From assembly GCA_035541435.1 (NCBI GenBank), contig DATKNL010000002.1, positions 67,962-131,961 of the forward strand: a DNA stretch of 64,000 nt. The letters run 5' to 3'. Shown piece after piece: positions 8,941-17,229 of this stretch. The stretch's first letter is position 1, and each line of letters starts with the position of its first letter. The notes under the pieces were generated by a model that had not been told where the DNA came from, did not search any database, and saw only the letters and a list, made by a program, of their open reading frames with translations. This stretch comes from Minisyncoccota bacterium (lineage in GTDB: Bacteria; Patescibacteriota; Minisyncoccia; UBA6257; 2-01-FULL-56-20). The position numbers and the translations under genes are program-made.

Positions 8941-10779
8941 ATGTTTTACATCATGGTGTCGCTCGTGAGCGCGTTCGTCGGGGCTCTTCCTTTGCTTTTC
9001 AAACGGAAGATCAATGCCGCGATCGTGCAGGGTCTGATTACCGCGATCGTTGGATACTGCCTCATTTACCTCCTGGCTCCTTCGACGGCATATCCGCTGC
9101 TCGGGGCGCCTGGACTGCTGACGGTAATCTGGTGGGTCTTCGCCGCCGTCATAGATGGCTCGCAGGAGAACGAAGTCACCGCTCTTGTCGTAGTCCCGAT
9201 CTTCGGGATCATCCTTTATGCGGTCGTCGGCTTGTCCGGATGGGAAGCGTTTCGCGCAAGCGATTACGCCAACATGATGGGCTCGGTGGACGTGCGCGAA
9301 TGGACGCAGGATGTTCAACCCAAGGATCCTGCCCATATGCGCATGAGCACGAAAGAGAATGCCCTCTATCAGGCGAAGAAGGTCATGGGAAAGGATGGAG
9401 CCATCGGCAGCCAGTTCGAGATCAGCGAAGACAACATGACGCTCCAGATGATCCGCGGGGAACTCTGGTACGTCGTTCCACTGGATTATTCCGGGTTCGG
9501 CGTATGGATGAACTCTCGGGGAGTCCCGGGATACATCAAGGTTCATGCCGAGGATCCCCATCGGGAACCTGAGCTCGTAATACTGAAAGATGACGAGCTT
9601 ATGCACTACACGCCGGGTGCCTACTTTGGCAACGACTTAGAGCGGCACCTCCGGAATCGTGGCTATCTCAACAAGCTGCTTTCCGATTGGACCTTCGAGG
9701 TCGATGAGGACGGGCATGACTGGTGGGTGGTCACGGTTTCCGAACCGACCATCGCATGGTGGGGTGAGCGCGTTTCCGGCGTCGCGATCGTGAATCCGTC
9801 TACCGGCGATGACACGTTCTATCCGCTCGGGAAAGTTCCCGATTGGGTGGACCGAGTCATTCCTCAGCATATCGTGAAAGATTACCTTGCATGGCAAGGC
9901 GACCTGTCCGGAGGCTGGTGGAACAGCTGGTGGGGAGCCGTAAACCTCACGGAACCCGAGACGCCGAATCTCATCTATGGTTCCGGCGATCAGCCCGAAT
10001 GGGTGACCGGCATCACGTCTTCGAACGGCAAAGATGACTCGCTCGTGGCGTTGGTGTATACCAATTCACGAACCGGGAAATCTGTCCGTTATGTGATGAA
10101 GGGCGGAGGCACCGATACGGCCATCCTTGATGCCGTGAACAAGAACAGCCAGGTTCAGTTCAAGCACCTGCATGGCGTGGCGCCGCAGATCTACAACGTG
10201 TATGGTCAGCCGACGAGCGTCATCCCGTTGTTCAACGAAAGCCATTCGTACCAAGGCGTCGCCATGGTTCCCATCAACGACATCCAAACGGTGGCGGTGG
10301 GTGGCGACCAATATGAGGCGCTCCGTTCGTACGAACAGCTCCTCTCCGAGGCGGGCCAGCGCGTCGCGTTGGACAAAGAGCGCACCCTGCAAACCATCGA
10401 GGGGGTCGTCGACCGCTTTAGCGCGGAGGTTACGAGCAGCGGAGGTACGGTCTATTACCTTCACCTCCCTGGCATTTCGTGCCTCTTTACTGCCGGCGCC
10501 GGCGCATCAGCGAAGCTGCCGGTAACGAAAGAGGGCGATAAGGTGAAGATCGAGTTCTATGCATCGGACCGCGATGTGGTCCCGATCCATGGGTTCGATA
10601 ATCTTTCCCTTGTCCTCTCGGCCAGCAAAGTACAACAGCAGGTTCGCGCCGAAGTGAAGGAACGGCAAGGCACTCAGGAAGTTCGATCCGATACGCAGAC
10701 CGTCGTGAACCGGATCCAACAAATGTCGCCCGAGGATTTGCAAAAGCTGAAATCGCAAGTCCCTCCTCAGTCGCAGTGA
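8941..10779 (+). CDS. Uncharacterised membrane protein (4 N-terminal TM helices, large extracytoplasmic domain)
   Basis: 612 aa ORF with AAGGAG SD; visibly lower GC than core genes. Confidence 0.85.
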   Translation: MFYIMVSLVSAFVGALPLLFKRKINAAIVQGLITAIVGYCLIYLLAPSTAYPLLGAPGLLTVIWWVFAAVIDGSQENEVTALVVVPIFGIILYAVVGLSGWEAFRASDYANMMGSVDVREWTQDVQPKDPAHMRMSTKENALYQAKKVMGKDGAIGSQFEISEDNMTLQMIRGELWYVVPLDYSGFGVWMNSRGVPGYIKVHAEDPHREPELVILKDDELMHYTPGAYFGNDLERHLRNRGYLNKLLSDWTFEVDEDGHDWWVVTVSEPTIAWWGERVSGVAIVNPSTGDDTFYPLGKVPDWVDRVIPQHIVKDYLAWQGDLSGGWWNSWWGAVNLTEPETPNLIYGSGDQPEWVTGITSSNGKDDSLVALVYTNSRTGKSVRYVMKGGGTDTAILDAVNKNSQVQFKHLHGVAPQIYNVYGQPTSVIPLFNESHSYQGVAMVPINDIQTVAVGGDQYEALRSYEQLLSEAGQRVALDKERTLQTIEGVVDRFSAEVTSSGGTVYYLHLPGISCLFTAGAGASAKLPVTKEGDKVKIEFYASDRDVVPIHGFDNLSLVLSASKVQQQVRAEVKERQGTQEVRSDTQTVVNRIQQMSPEDLQKLKSQVPPQSQ

Positions 10780-10792
10780 TTGAATTCAACCC

Positions 10793-10837
10793 TCGGCCCG
10801 CCATGCACCAACCAGTGCGATGCGGGCTGATTTTTTT
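10793..10837 (+). terminator. Intrinsic terminator
   Basis: TCGGCCCG...CGGGCTGA interrupted stem followed by T7. Confidence 0.6.
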
Positions 10838-10852
10838 GTCTCGAAAATTTGC

Positions 10853-11097
10853 AGTCCCAAGGGGAATCGCCCCGCGGCTCACGCGCTCGCCGTCGCTCGC
10901 GCGTGGCCTGGGCACCGCCTCACGGATTTTCTCTGCTGAGAAAATCCGCTCCGGCGGTCCGATTCCTCTTTGAGAAAACCGACAAAACAAAACATGCCTC
11001 GGTAAGGGCTCTCGGAGGCGCGATGAGCGCCGAGAGCTGAGGCGCGCATCCAGCAGGACGCGACGCCGCACCTTACCGAGGCATGTTTTGCTTTGTC
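10853..11097 (-). repeat. Structured non-coding element downstream of tRNA-Glu
   Basis: 27-bp inverted repeat with 1 mismatch (10981-11007 / 11071-11097); antisense T-arm copy 10957-10972; hairpin CGGATTTTCTC-tgct-GAGAAAATCCG; direct copy of tRNA 3' end 10853-10869 (16/17 match to 11101-11117). Confidence 0.75.
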
Positions 11098-11099
11098 AG

Positions 11100-11171
11100 T
11101 AGCCCCAAGGGGAATCGAACCCCTATTTGCGCCGTGAAAGGGCGCCGTCCTAGCCATTAGACGATGAGGCC
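11100..11171 (-). tRNA. tRNA-Glu (TTC)
   Basis: GGCCTCATCGTCTAATGGCTAGGACGGCGCCCTTTCACGGCGCAAATAGGGGTTCGATTCCCCTTGGGGCTA cloverleaf; no encoded CCA. Confidence 0.95.
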
Positions 11172-11221
11172 TCGCTGCCGACGGCGCGCGCCGCACGACA
11201 ACCATCCTATTTAACGCGAAT

Positions 11222-11250
11222 TTGACAGAAAACACAAGTTCCAGCATGAT
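11222..11250 (+). promoter_or_regulatory. sigma70 promoter
   Basis: TTGACA-17 bp-CATGAT. Confidence 0.55.
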
Positions 11251-11289
11251 AAACCTCAGAAGATCGTCAACCGAAACCCGGGGTGAGCC

Positions 11290-11646
11290 ATGGACTTTCT
11301 CACAGGAATCCTTCGGATCCTTGCGAGGCCGCTGCAGATTTTCCTGCAAATCTTCGCGAGGCAACCTATCTACCTTCAGCTCAGAGGAAGCACGACCGAG
11401 CTGACCGCCCAGTATTACGCATTGGACAGGGAATGCATCGAAGTCGTGACCGACGGCGAGAACGCCCTTTTCGTGCCGGGCAGCGACATCAACCAGGCCC
11501 TCTGCCTCTTTTATAAGAGGAAGATCCCGGGATGGATCAACTACCGCGACGACTATGTGACGAGAGGCATCTGCAAGCGCGGGGAATTCTATGCGCAGGT
11601 GGACGCCGAAAAGCCGGAGCCGTCCGGCCAGCACGCCGCGGTCTGA
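11290..11646 (+). CDS. Hypothetical protein
   Basis: 118 aa ORF between a promoter and a terminator. Confidence 0.65.
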   Translation: MDFLTGILRILARPLQIFLQIFARQPIYLQLRGSTTELTAQYYALDRECIEVVTDGENALFVPGSDINQALCLFYKRKIPGWINYRDDYVTRGICKRGEFYAQVDAEKPEPSGQHAAV

Positions 11647-11663
11647 CCCTCAGCCCATCCCCT

Positions 11664-11702
11664 ATGCCGCCAATCCCCATTGGCGGCATTTTGTTTTTTT
11701 TT
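11664..11702 (+). terminator. Intrinsic terminator
   Basis: ATGCCGCCAAT-cccc-ATTGGCGGCAT followed by a long T tract. Confidence 0.85.
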
Positions 11703-11761
11703 CGCGCGCGGCCAAGGGCAGTGTTTGAAATCCGACGCGCCAGCCGATACAATCAACTTCT

Positions 11762-12826
11762 ATGAACCTTCGCGTACTCGCCATCGAGACGTCCTGCGAC
11801 GAGACCGGACTTGCCGTCGTGCATGTGTCGGGCGGGCTTCGCGCGCCGAAGGTGCGCGTCGTGAAGAGCCTCGTCGCATCGCAGATCAAGATCCATCAGC
11901 CGTTCGGCGGCGTCGTCCCGAACCTCGCGAAGCGGGAGCACCTGAAGAACCTGCCTGTCCTCTATGCGAAGCTGACCGGCGGCGCGAAGAACGAAGCGCG
12001 GTTCTGGAAGGCGATCGACCTCGTGACCGTCACCGTGGGGCCGGGGCTCGAACCCGCGCTCTGGACCGGCATCGAGTTCGCCAAGCGCATCGCGCGCGAG
12101 CACGGCAAGCCGCTCGTCGGCGCGAACCACCTCGAGGGGCACCTGTACAGCTTCCTGCTCGGACCGGCCGGACGCGGCGGCGCGGCGCGCGCGAGCCTCT
12201 TCCCCGCCGTCGCGCTCATCGTCTCGGGCGGGCACACCGTGCTCTTGCGGCTCGAATCGTTTTCAAAATGGAAGCGGCTCGGCGAGACGCGCGACGACGC
12301 CGCGGGCGAGGCCTATGACAAGGTCGCGCGGCTGCTCGACCTCCCCTATCCGGGCGGTCCCGAAATCGAGCGGCTGGCCAAGCTTGGCAACGATGACGCG
12401 ATCGCCTTCCCGCGCCCGATGATCAACGACAGGAATTTCGATTTCAGCTTTTCGGGACTCAAGACGTCCGTCCTCTATTATCTGCGCGGGCAGGACGGCA
12501 CGGTCCCGACCATCAGGAGCGCCAAAGCGAAGGCCGACATCGCCGCGAGTTTTCAGAAAGCGGCGCTCGACGTGCTGGTCGCGAAGACGGTCCGCGCCGC
12601 GCGCGATGCGGGCGCGAAGTCGGTGCTGCTCTCGGGCGGCGTCGCGGCGAACCGCGCGCTGCGGACGCGCCTCGCACGCGAATCACGCAGGATCGGCGCG
12701 CCGTGCCTCGTCCCTCCCCCCGCCTATAACCTCGACAACGCCGCGATGATCGGCGTCGCGGGCGCGATGGCGCACCTGCGCAAGAAGCGCTATCCGCTCA
12801 CGGCCGACGGCGGCCTCGACATTTAG
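11762..12826 (+). CDS. tsaD: tRNA N6-threonylcarbamoyladenosine transferase TsaD
   Basis: IETSCDET, HLEGH, VSGGHT, DDAAGEAYDK, FSFSGLKT, DNAAMIG. Confidence 0.97.
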   Translation: MNLRVLAIETSCDETGLAVVHVSGGLRAPKVRVVKSLVASQIKIHQPFGGVVPNLAKREHLKNLPVLYAKLTGGAKNEARFWKAIDLVTVTVGPGLEPALWTGIEFAKRIAREHGKPLVGANHLEGHLYSFLLGPAGRGGAARASLFPAVALIVSGGHTVLLRLESFSKWKRLGETRDDAAGEAYDKVARLLDLPYPGGPEIERLAKLGNDDAIAFPRPMINDRNFDFSFSGLKTSVLYYLRGQDGTVPTIRSAKAKADIAASFQKAALDVLVAKTVRAARDAGAKSVLLSGGVAANRALRTRLARESRRIGAPCLVPPPAYNLDNAAMIGVAGAMAHLRKKRYPLTADGGLDI

Positions 12827-12860
12827 AGGACCTGAAACGCGCCCGTCGTCGCAGCGTCAA

Positions 12861-14348
12861 TTAGTACGACGTGGGAACCCACTGGTCGATGCGGTTGTTC
12901 GTGTAATCGGCGACGTAGAGATTCCCGTTCGACGAGAACCCGATGCCGAAGGGATTCTGGAACTGGCCGTTCCCGGAACCGACCGAGCCGAACGATGTGC
13001 TATAGACGAAGGTGCCGCCGCTCGGAACCCATTTGTCCACGCGGTTGTTCGAAGCCTGGGCGATATACAGGTTGCCGCCCGAGTCGAAGGCGATGCCCAG
13101 GGGATCGCTCAGGAAGCCGTTCCCCGATCCGCTCGAGCCGAACGACAGGCTATAGGCATAGGTCGCCCCGCTCGGGGTCCACTTGTCGATGCGGTTGTTG
13201 TTCGAGTCGCTCACGTACATGTTGCCGCCGCCGTCGAAGGCGATGTAGGCCGGGCCGCTGAACTGGCCGTCGCCCGAACCGCCGGAGCCCGTCGACGTGC
13301 TATAGACGAAGGTGCCGCCGCTCGGGGTCCACTTCTCGATGCGGTTGTTCGACATGTCGGCGACATACATGTTGCCGCCATAGAACGCGATCCCCACGGG
13401 ATCGTTGAACTGGCCGTCGCCTGAGCCGAGCGACCCGGTCGACGTGCTATAGACGAACGTGGTGCTGCTCGGCACCCACTTCTCAAGGCGGTTGTTGAAC
13501 GAATCGGCGATCCACAGGTTGCCGCTGCCGTCGAAGGCGAGGCCCTGCGGATGGCTGAACTGGCCCGCGCCGGCGCCGCCGGAGCCGAATGGCGTGCTCG
13601 AGACGAACGCGCCGCCGCTCGGCACCCACTTGTCGATGCGGTTGTTCGAATAGTCGGCGATATAGATGTTGCCGCTGCCGTCGAAGGCGAGCGCGTCGGG
13701 ATGGCCGAACTGGCCGTTGCCGGCGCCGGACGTCCCGAAGGACGTCCCGAAAAGGTATGACGGCCGGCCGGGGCTCGTGAGCTGGATGTCGCCCACCTCA
13801 TAGGCCTTCGTGTCGCTGCCGCCGTCGTTCGCGGCGAGCGGCGTGTATTTCTGCGACTCGAGATAGCTTGAGACCTTCCATCCGTTGCCGTTCGTCACAT
13901 AGACGTAATAGTCGCCGGACGAGGTCGTGTTCACCGGGTCGATGGGCAGCTTCGACAGGGGCGAGCCGGCGTTCATCTTGGTGAAGTCGATCGGGACCCA
14001 TCCCGTGCCGTCCACCTTATACACCGAAGCCGAGGCGGCGCAGTGATAGGCCCCGCCTGCCGGGAACCCAAGCCCCGAGCAGTCCGTTCCCGCCGAGCTC
14101 GTCGCGGTCGGATCGATAAGCGACAGATAATAGACGTAGGGCGTGCCGTAGCCGCCTGCGAGATTCTCGTTGTTCGCGATGCCGACCGCGTTGTTGATCG
14201 TGCTGAGGTCCGAAACGCGGGTCGCGTCGCGCGCCTGCTGCAGGGTGATCTGCGGGTTGATCACATAAATAACAACCACCGCGATCACCGCGATGACGCC
14301 GATCACAATGAGAAGCTCTATGAGGGTAAATCCGGCCTTCCTACTCAT
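12861..14348 (-). CDS. Type IV prepilin fused to NHL-repeat beta-propeller
   Basis: KAG|FTLIELLIVIGVIA N-methylation motif; six ~50-aa repeats GxGxGQFxxPxGIAFDxxGNxYxADxxNNRI. Confidence 0.9.
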   Translation of the reverse strand: MSRKAGFTLIELLIVIGVIAVIAVVVIYVINPQITLQQARDATRVSDLSTINNAVGIANNENLAGGYGTPYVYYLSLIDPTATSSAGTDCSGLGFPAGGAYHCAASASVYKVDGTGWVPIDFTKMNAGSPLSKLPIDPVNTTSSGDYYVYVTNGNGWKVSSYLESQKYTPLAANDGGSDTKAYEVGDIQLTSPGRPSYLFGTSFGTSGAGNGQFGHPDALAFDGSGNIYIADYSNNRIDKWVPSGGAFVSSTPFGSGGAGAGQFSHPQGLAFDGSGNLWIADSFNNRLEKWVPSSTTFVYSTSTGSLGSGDGQFNDPVGIAFYGGNMYVADMSNNRIEKWTPSGGTFVYSTSTGSGGSGDGQFSGPAYIAFDGGGNMYVSDSNNNRIDKWTPSGATYAYSLSFGSSGSGNGFLSDPLGIAFDSGGNLYIAQASNNRVDKWVPSGGTFVYSTSFGSVGSGNGQFQNPFGIGFSSNGNLYVADYTNNRIDQWVPTSY

Positions 14349-14403
14349 AGGAGTAGTTTAGCAGAAACGGTTTGCGCGCCCTGGGTAGAACCTCGTCGGC
14401 CCG

Positions 14404-15903
14404 CTAAAAGCCTGTCGGAACCCACTTGTTCACGCGATAGGCCATCTGCCGGTCGGATATGAGGATATTCCCGCTCGCGTCGAAGGCGATGCCCCATGGA
14501 TAGGTGAACTGCCCGGTGCTCGTTCCCGCCGAGCCGAACGAGGTGCTATAGGTGAAGACGCCCGAATTCGGGAACCATTTGTCGATCCGCTTGTTGCCGG
14601 CGTCGGCGACATAGAGGTTGCCACCGGCATCGAACGCGAGCCCGATGGGGTTCTGCATCTGCGCGCTGCCCGAGCCGAGCGATCCGAAGGACGTGCTATA
14701 GGCATAGGTACCGCCACTCGGGACCCACTTCTCGACGCGGTTGTTGGCTGAATCCGAGATATAAAGGTTGCCGCTGCCGTCGATCGCGATGCCGGTCGGG
14801 CCGTTCACCTGCCCTGGTCCCGAGCCGAGCGATCCGAAGGACGTGCTATAGGCATAGGTCGTGCCGCTCGGCGTCCATTTCTGGATGACGCTGTTCAGGT
14901 AGTCGTTCACGTAAAGGTTGCCGCTGCCGTCGAAGACGAAGCTGAACGGGTCGTTGAACTGGCCAGGGCCGGACCCACCGGTGCCGAACGACGTGACGTA
15001 GGCGTAGGTCGTGCCGCTCGGCGCCCACTGCTGGATCCGCTTGTTGTTGATGTCGCCGATGAGCAGGTTGCCGCTGCCGTCGATCAGGATGCTCGTCGGG
15101 CCGTTGAACTGTCCCGCTCCGGAGCCGCCCGAGCCGAACGTGGTGAAATAGGTATAGGTCGTGCCGCTCGGGACCCACTTCTCGATGCGGTTGTTCAGGA
15201 AGTCCGCGACGAGGACGTTGCCGCTCGCATCGACCGCGACGCCGGTCGGGCCGTTGAACTGGCCCGCGCCCGCGCCGTTCGTTCCGAAGCTCGTGCCGTA
15301 CGTGAACGCGACCCGTCCGGGGCTCGAAAGCTGGATGGCGCCCACCTCATAGGCCTTCGGATCGGTGCCGCCGTCGCTCGCGGCCAAGGGGCCGTACTTC
15401 TGCGAGTCAAGATAGGTGGACAGCTTCCATCCGTTGCCGTTCGTCACATAGACGTAATAGTCGCCTGACGAGGTCGTGTTTACCGGATCGACGGGCAGCT
15501 TCGAGATCGGCGCGCCGGAGCTCATCTTGGTGAAGTTGATCGGTATCCATCCCGTGCCGTCGATATTATAGAGGGACGACGACGCGGCGCAGTGATATGA
15601 GCCGCCGGCGGGAAAGCCGAGGGCTGAGCAGTCGGTTCCTGCCGAGCTCGTGGCGGTCTTGTCGATGAGCGAAAGATAATAGACGTACGGCGTGCCATAG
15701 CCGCCCGGAAGGCTCTCGTTGTTCGCGATGCCGACAACGTTGTTGATCGTGCTGAGGTCGGAAACGCGGGTCGCATCCCGCGACTGCTGGAGCGTCGCCT
15801 GAGGATTGATCACGTAGATCACCACCACGGCGATGACCGCGATCACGGCGATCACGATAAGAAGTTCGATCAGGGTGAATCCGCCAGCCTTATTCAGTTT
15901 CAT
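14404..15903 (-). CDS. Type IV prepilin fused to NHL-repeat beta-propeller (tandem paralog)
   Basis: Start MKLNKAGG|FTLIELLIVIAVIA at 15903; pilin domain very similar to neighbour; six NHL repeats. Confidence 0.9.
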   Translation of the reverse strand: MKLNKAGGFTLIELLIVIAVIAVIAVVVIYVINPQATLQQSRDATRVSDLSTINNVVGIANNESLPGGYGTPYVYYLSLIDKTATSSAGTDCSALGFPAGGSYHCAASSSLYNIDGTGWIPINFTKMSSGAPISKLPVDPVNTTSSGDYYVYVTNGNGWKLSTYLDSQKYGPLAASDGGTDPKAYEVGAIQLSSPGRVAFTYGTSFGTNGAGAGQFNGPTGVAVDASGNVLVADFLNNRIEKWVPSGTTYTYFTTFGSGGSGAGQFNGPTSILIDGSGNLLIGDINNKRIQQWAPSGTTYAYVTSFGTGGSGPGQFNDPFSFVFDGSGNLYVNDYLNSVIQKWTPSGTTYAYSTSFGSLGSGPGQVNGPTGIAIDGSGNLYISDSANNRVEKWVPSGGTYAYSTSFGSLGSGSAQMQNPIGLAFDAGGNLYVADAGNKRIDKWFPNSGVFTYSTSFGSAGTSTGQFTYPWGIAFDASGNILISDRQMAYRVNKWVPTGF

Positions 15904-15949
15904 AACCCTTTCATTATATCCCTCCGCGCCGCCACCCCCTGTGCACAAC

Positions 15950-17131
15950 CTAAAGCAGTCCCTTCCTTATCTTGTTCCGCACGCCTTCCACGTAGCTGTT
16001 GAAATAATGAAGGTTGTGGAACGTGATGAGCGTCGCGGCCGTGATCTCCTTCGCGCGCACGAGATGGGCGACGTACGAGCGCGTGTATTCCGCGCACGTG
16101 AGGCACCCGCATTTCGGATCGAGCGGCTTCCTGTCGTTAAGGAACGCCGCTTTGCCGAGATCAAGCCGGCCCGCACTCGTGAAGGCGATGCCGCGGCGCG
16201 CATAATGCGTCGGGACCGTGCAGTCGAACGTGTCGATCCCCTGCTTCACGATCGTCTCGATATCCTCGAGATAACCGATGCCCAAAAGGTGGCGCGGCTT
16301 GCGCTCGTCGAGGAGCGGCAGCGTCCATTCGAGGATTTTTTTCGTGCCGACGCCCTGGTCGCCCTTGCCGCTGCTCCCGCGACCGCCCTGCGCGTCGCCG
16401 AGGTCGCCGCCGATGCCGAACCCGTCGAAGGGCAGCCCGTTCACGAACCGGGCGCTTTCCTTCCTTAAATTTTCATAAAGGGATCCTTGCACGATGCCAT
16501 AAAGCGCCTGGGACGTTCTTCGCGCCTCGAGGCACCGCTTCGCCCACGCATGCGTCCTCGCGAGCGATTTTTTCATGTATTCGCGCGACACGCGCGGCGG
16601 CGTGCATTCGTCGAACGCGAACATGATGTCGGCGCCAAGCGCCTCCTGGATCCTGACCGACTCCTTCGGGCCGAGAAAGAGCTCGTCGCCCGTGAGCGGC
16701 GAGATGAAGCGCACGCCGTCGTCCGTGATGCGGAGCGACTTCGGCTGGTCGCCGCGCTCGACCGCCTGCTCGATCTTGTTCACGAAATGCTTCGCGACCT
16801 TGCCGACCCCGAGATCCCGCCCGAAGCCGAGGCTGAACACCTGGAACCCGCCCGAATCCGTCATCATGGGCCGCGGCCAGTTCATGAACTTCTGCAGGCC
16901 GCCCGCCGCCTTCACCACCTTCTCGCCCGGCATGAGGTGCAGGTGGTAAGTGTTCGCGATGATCATCTGCGTCCGCGTCGCGGCGACCTCGTCGCTGCGC
17001 ATCGCCTTCACGGCCGCGAGCGTGCCGACCGGCACGAGCGTGGGGGTCTCGACCTCGCCGTGCGGGGTCGTGAGGACGCCGAGCCGCGCCCGGCTGCGTT
17101 TGGATTTTTTGAGGATCCTGAATCCGATCAT
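15950..17131 (-). CDS. tgt: tRNA-guanine transglycosylase
   Basis: TPHGEVETP, NTYHL, TDSGGFQVFSL, GIVQG, PRHLLGIG, DTFDC, CGCLTC zinc site; start MIGFRILK at 17131. Confidence 0.95.
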   Translation of the reverse strand: MIGFRILKKSKRSRARLGVLTTPHGEVETPTLVPVGTLAAVKAMRSDEVAATRTQMIIANTYHLHLMPGEKVVKAAGGLQKFMNWPRPMMTDSGGFQVFSLGFGRDLGVGKVAKHFVNKIEQAVERGDQPKSLRITDDGVRFISPLTGDELFLGPKESVRIQEALGADIMFAFDECTPPRVSREYMKKSLARTHAWAKRCLEARRTSQALYGIVQGSLYENLRKESARFVNGLPFDGFGIGGDLGDAQGGRGSSGKGDQGVGTKKILEWTLPLLDERKPRHLLGIGYLEDIETIVKQGIDTFDCTVPTHYARRGIAFTSAGRLDLGKAAFLNDRKPLDPKCGCLTCAEYTRSYVAHLVRAKEITAATLITFHNLHYFNSYVEGVRNKIRKGLL

Positions 17132-17229
17132 GCGGTTCAGTGTAGCGGCCGCCCCGCGAAAAGGAAAGGCGCCCGACCTAGGTCGGGCATTTTGCCATCC
17201 GTCCATCTTCCTTTTATACTCTCATCATC

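Noticed and set aside
12900-15300. Regular ~150-bp DNA repeats resembling a CRISPR array or DGR template/variable repeats
   Set aside because: They are in-frame NHL protein repeats, with no identical repeat-spacer pattern, no cas or reverse transcriptase gene in the window, and no evident adenine-restricted mismatches.
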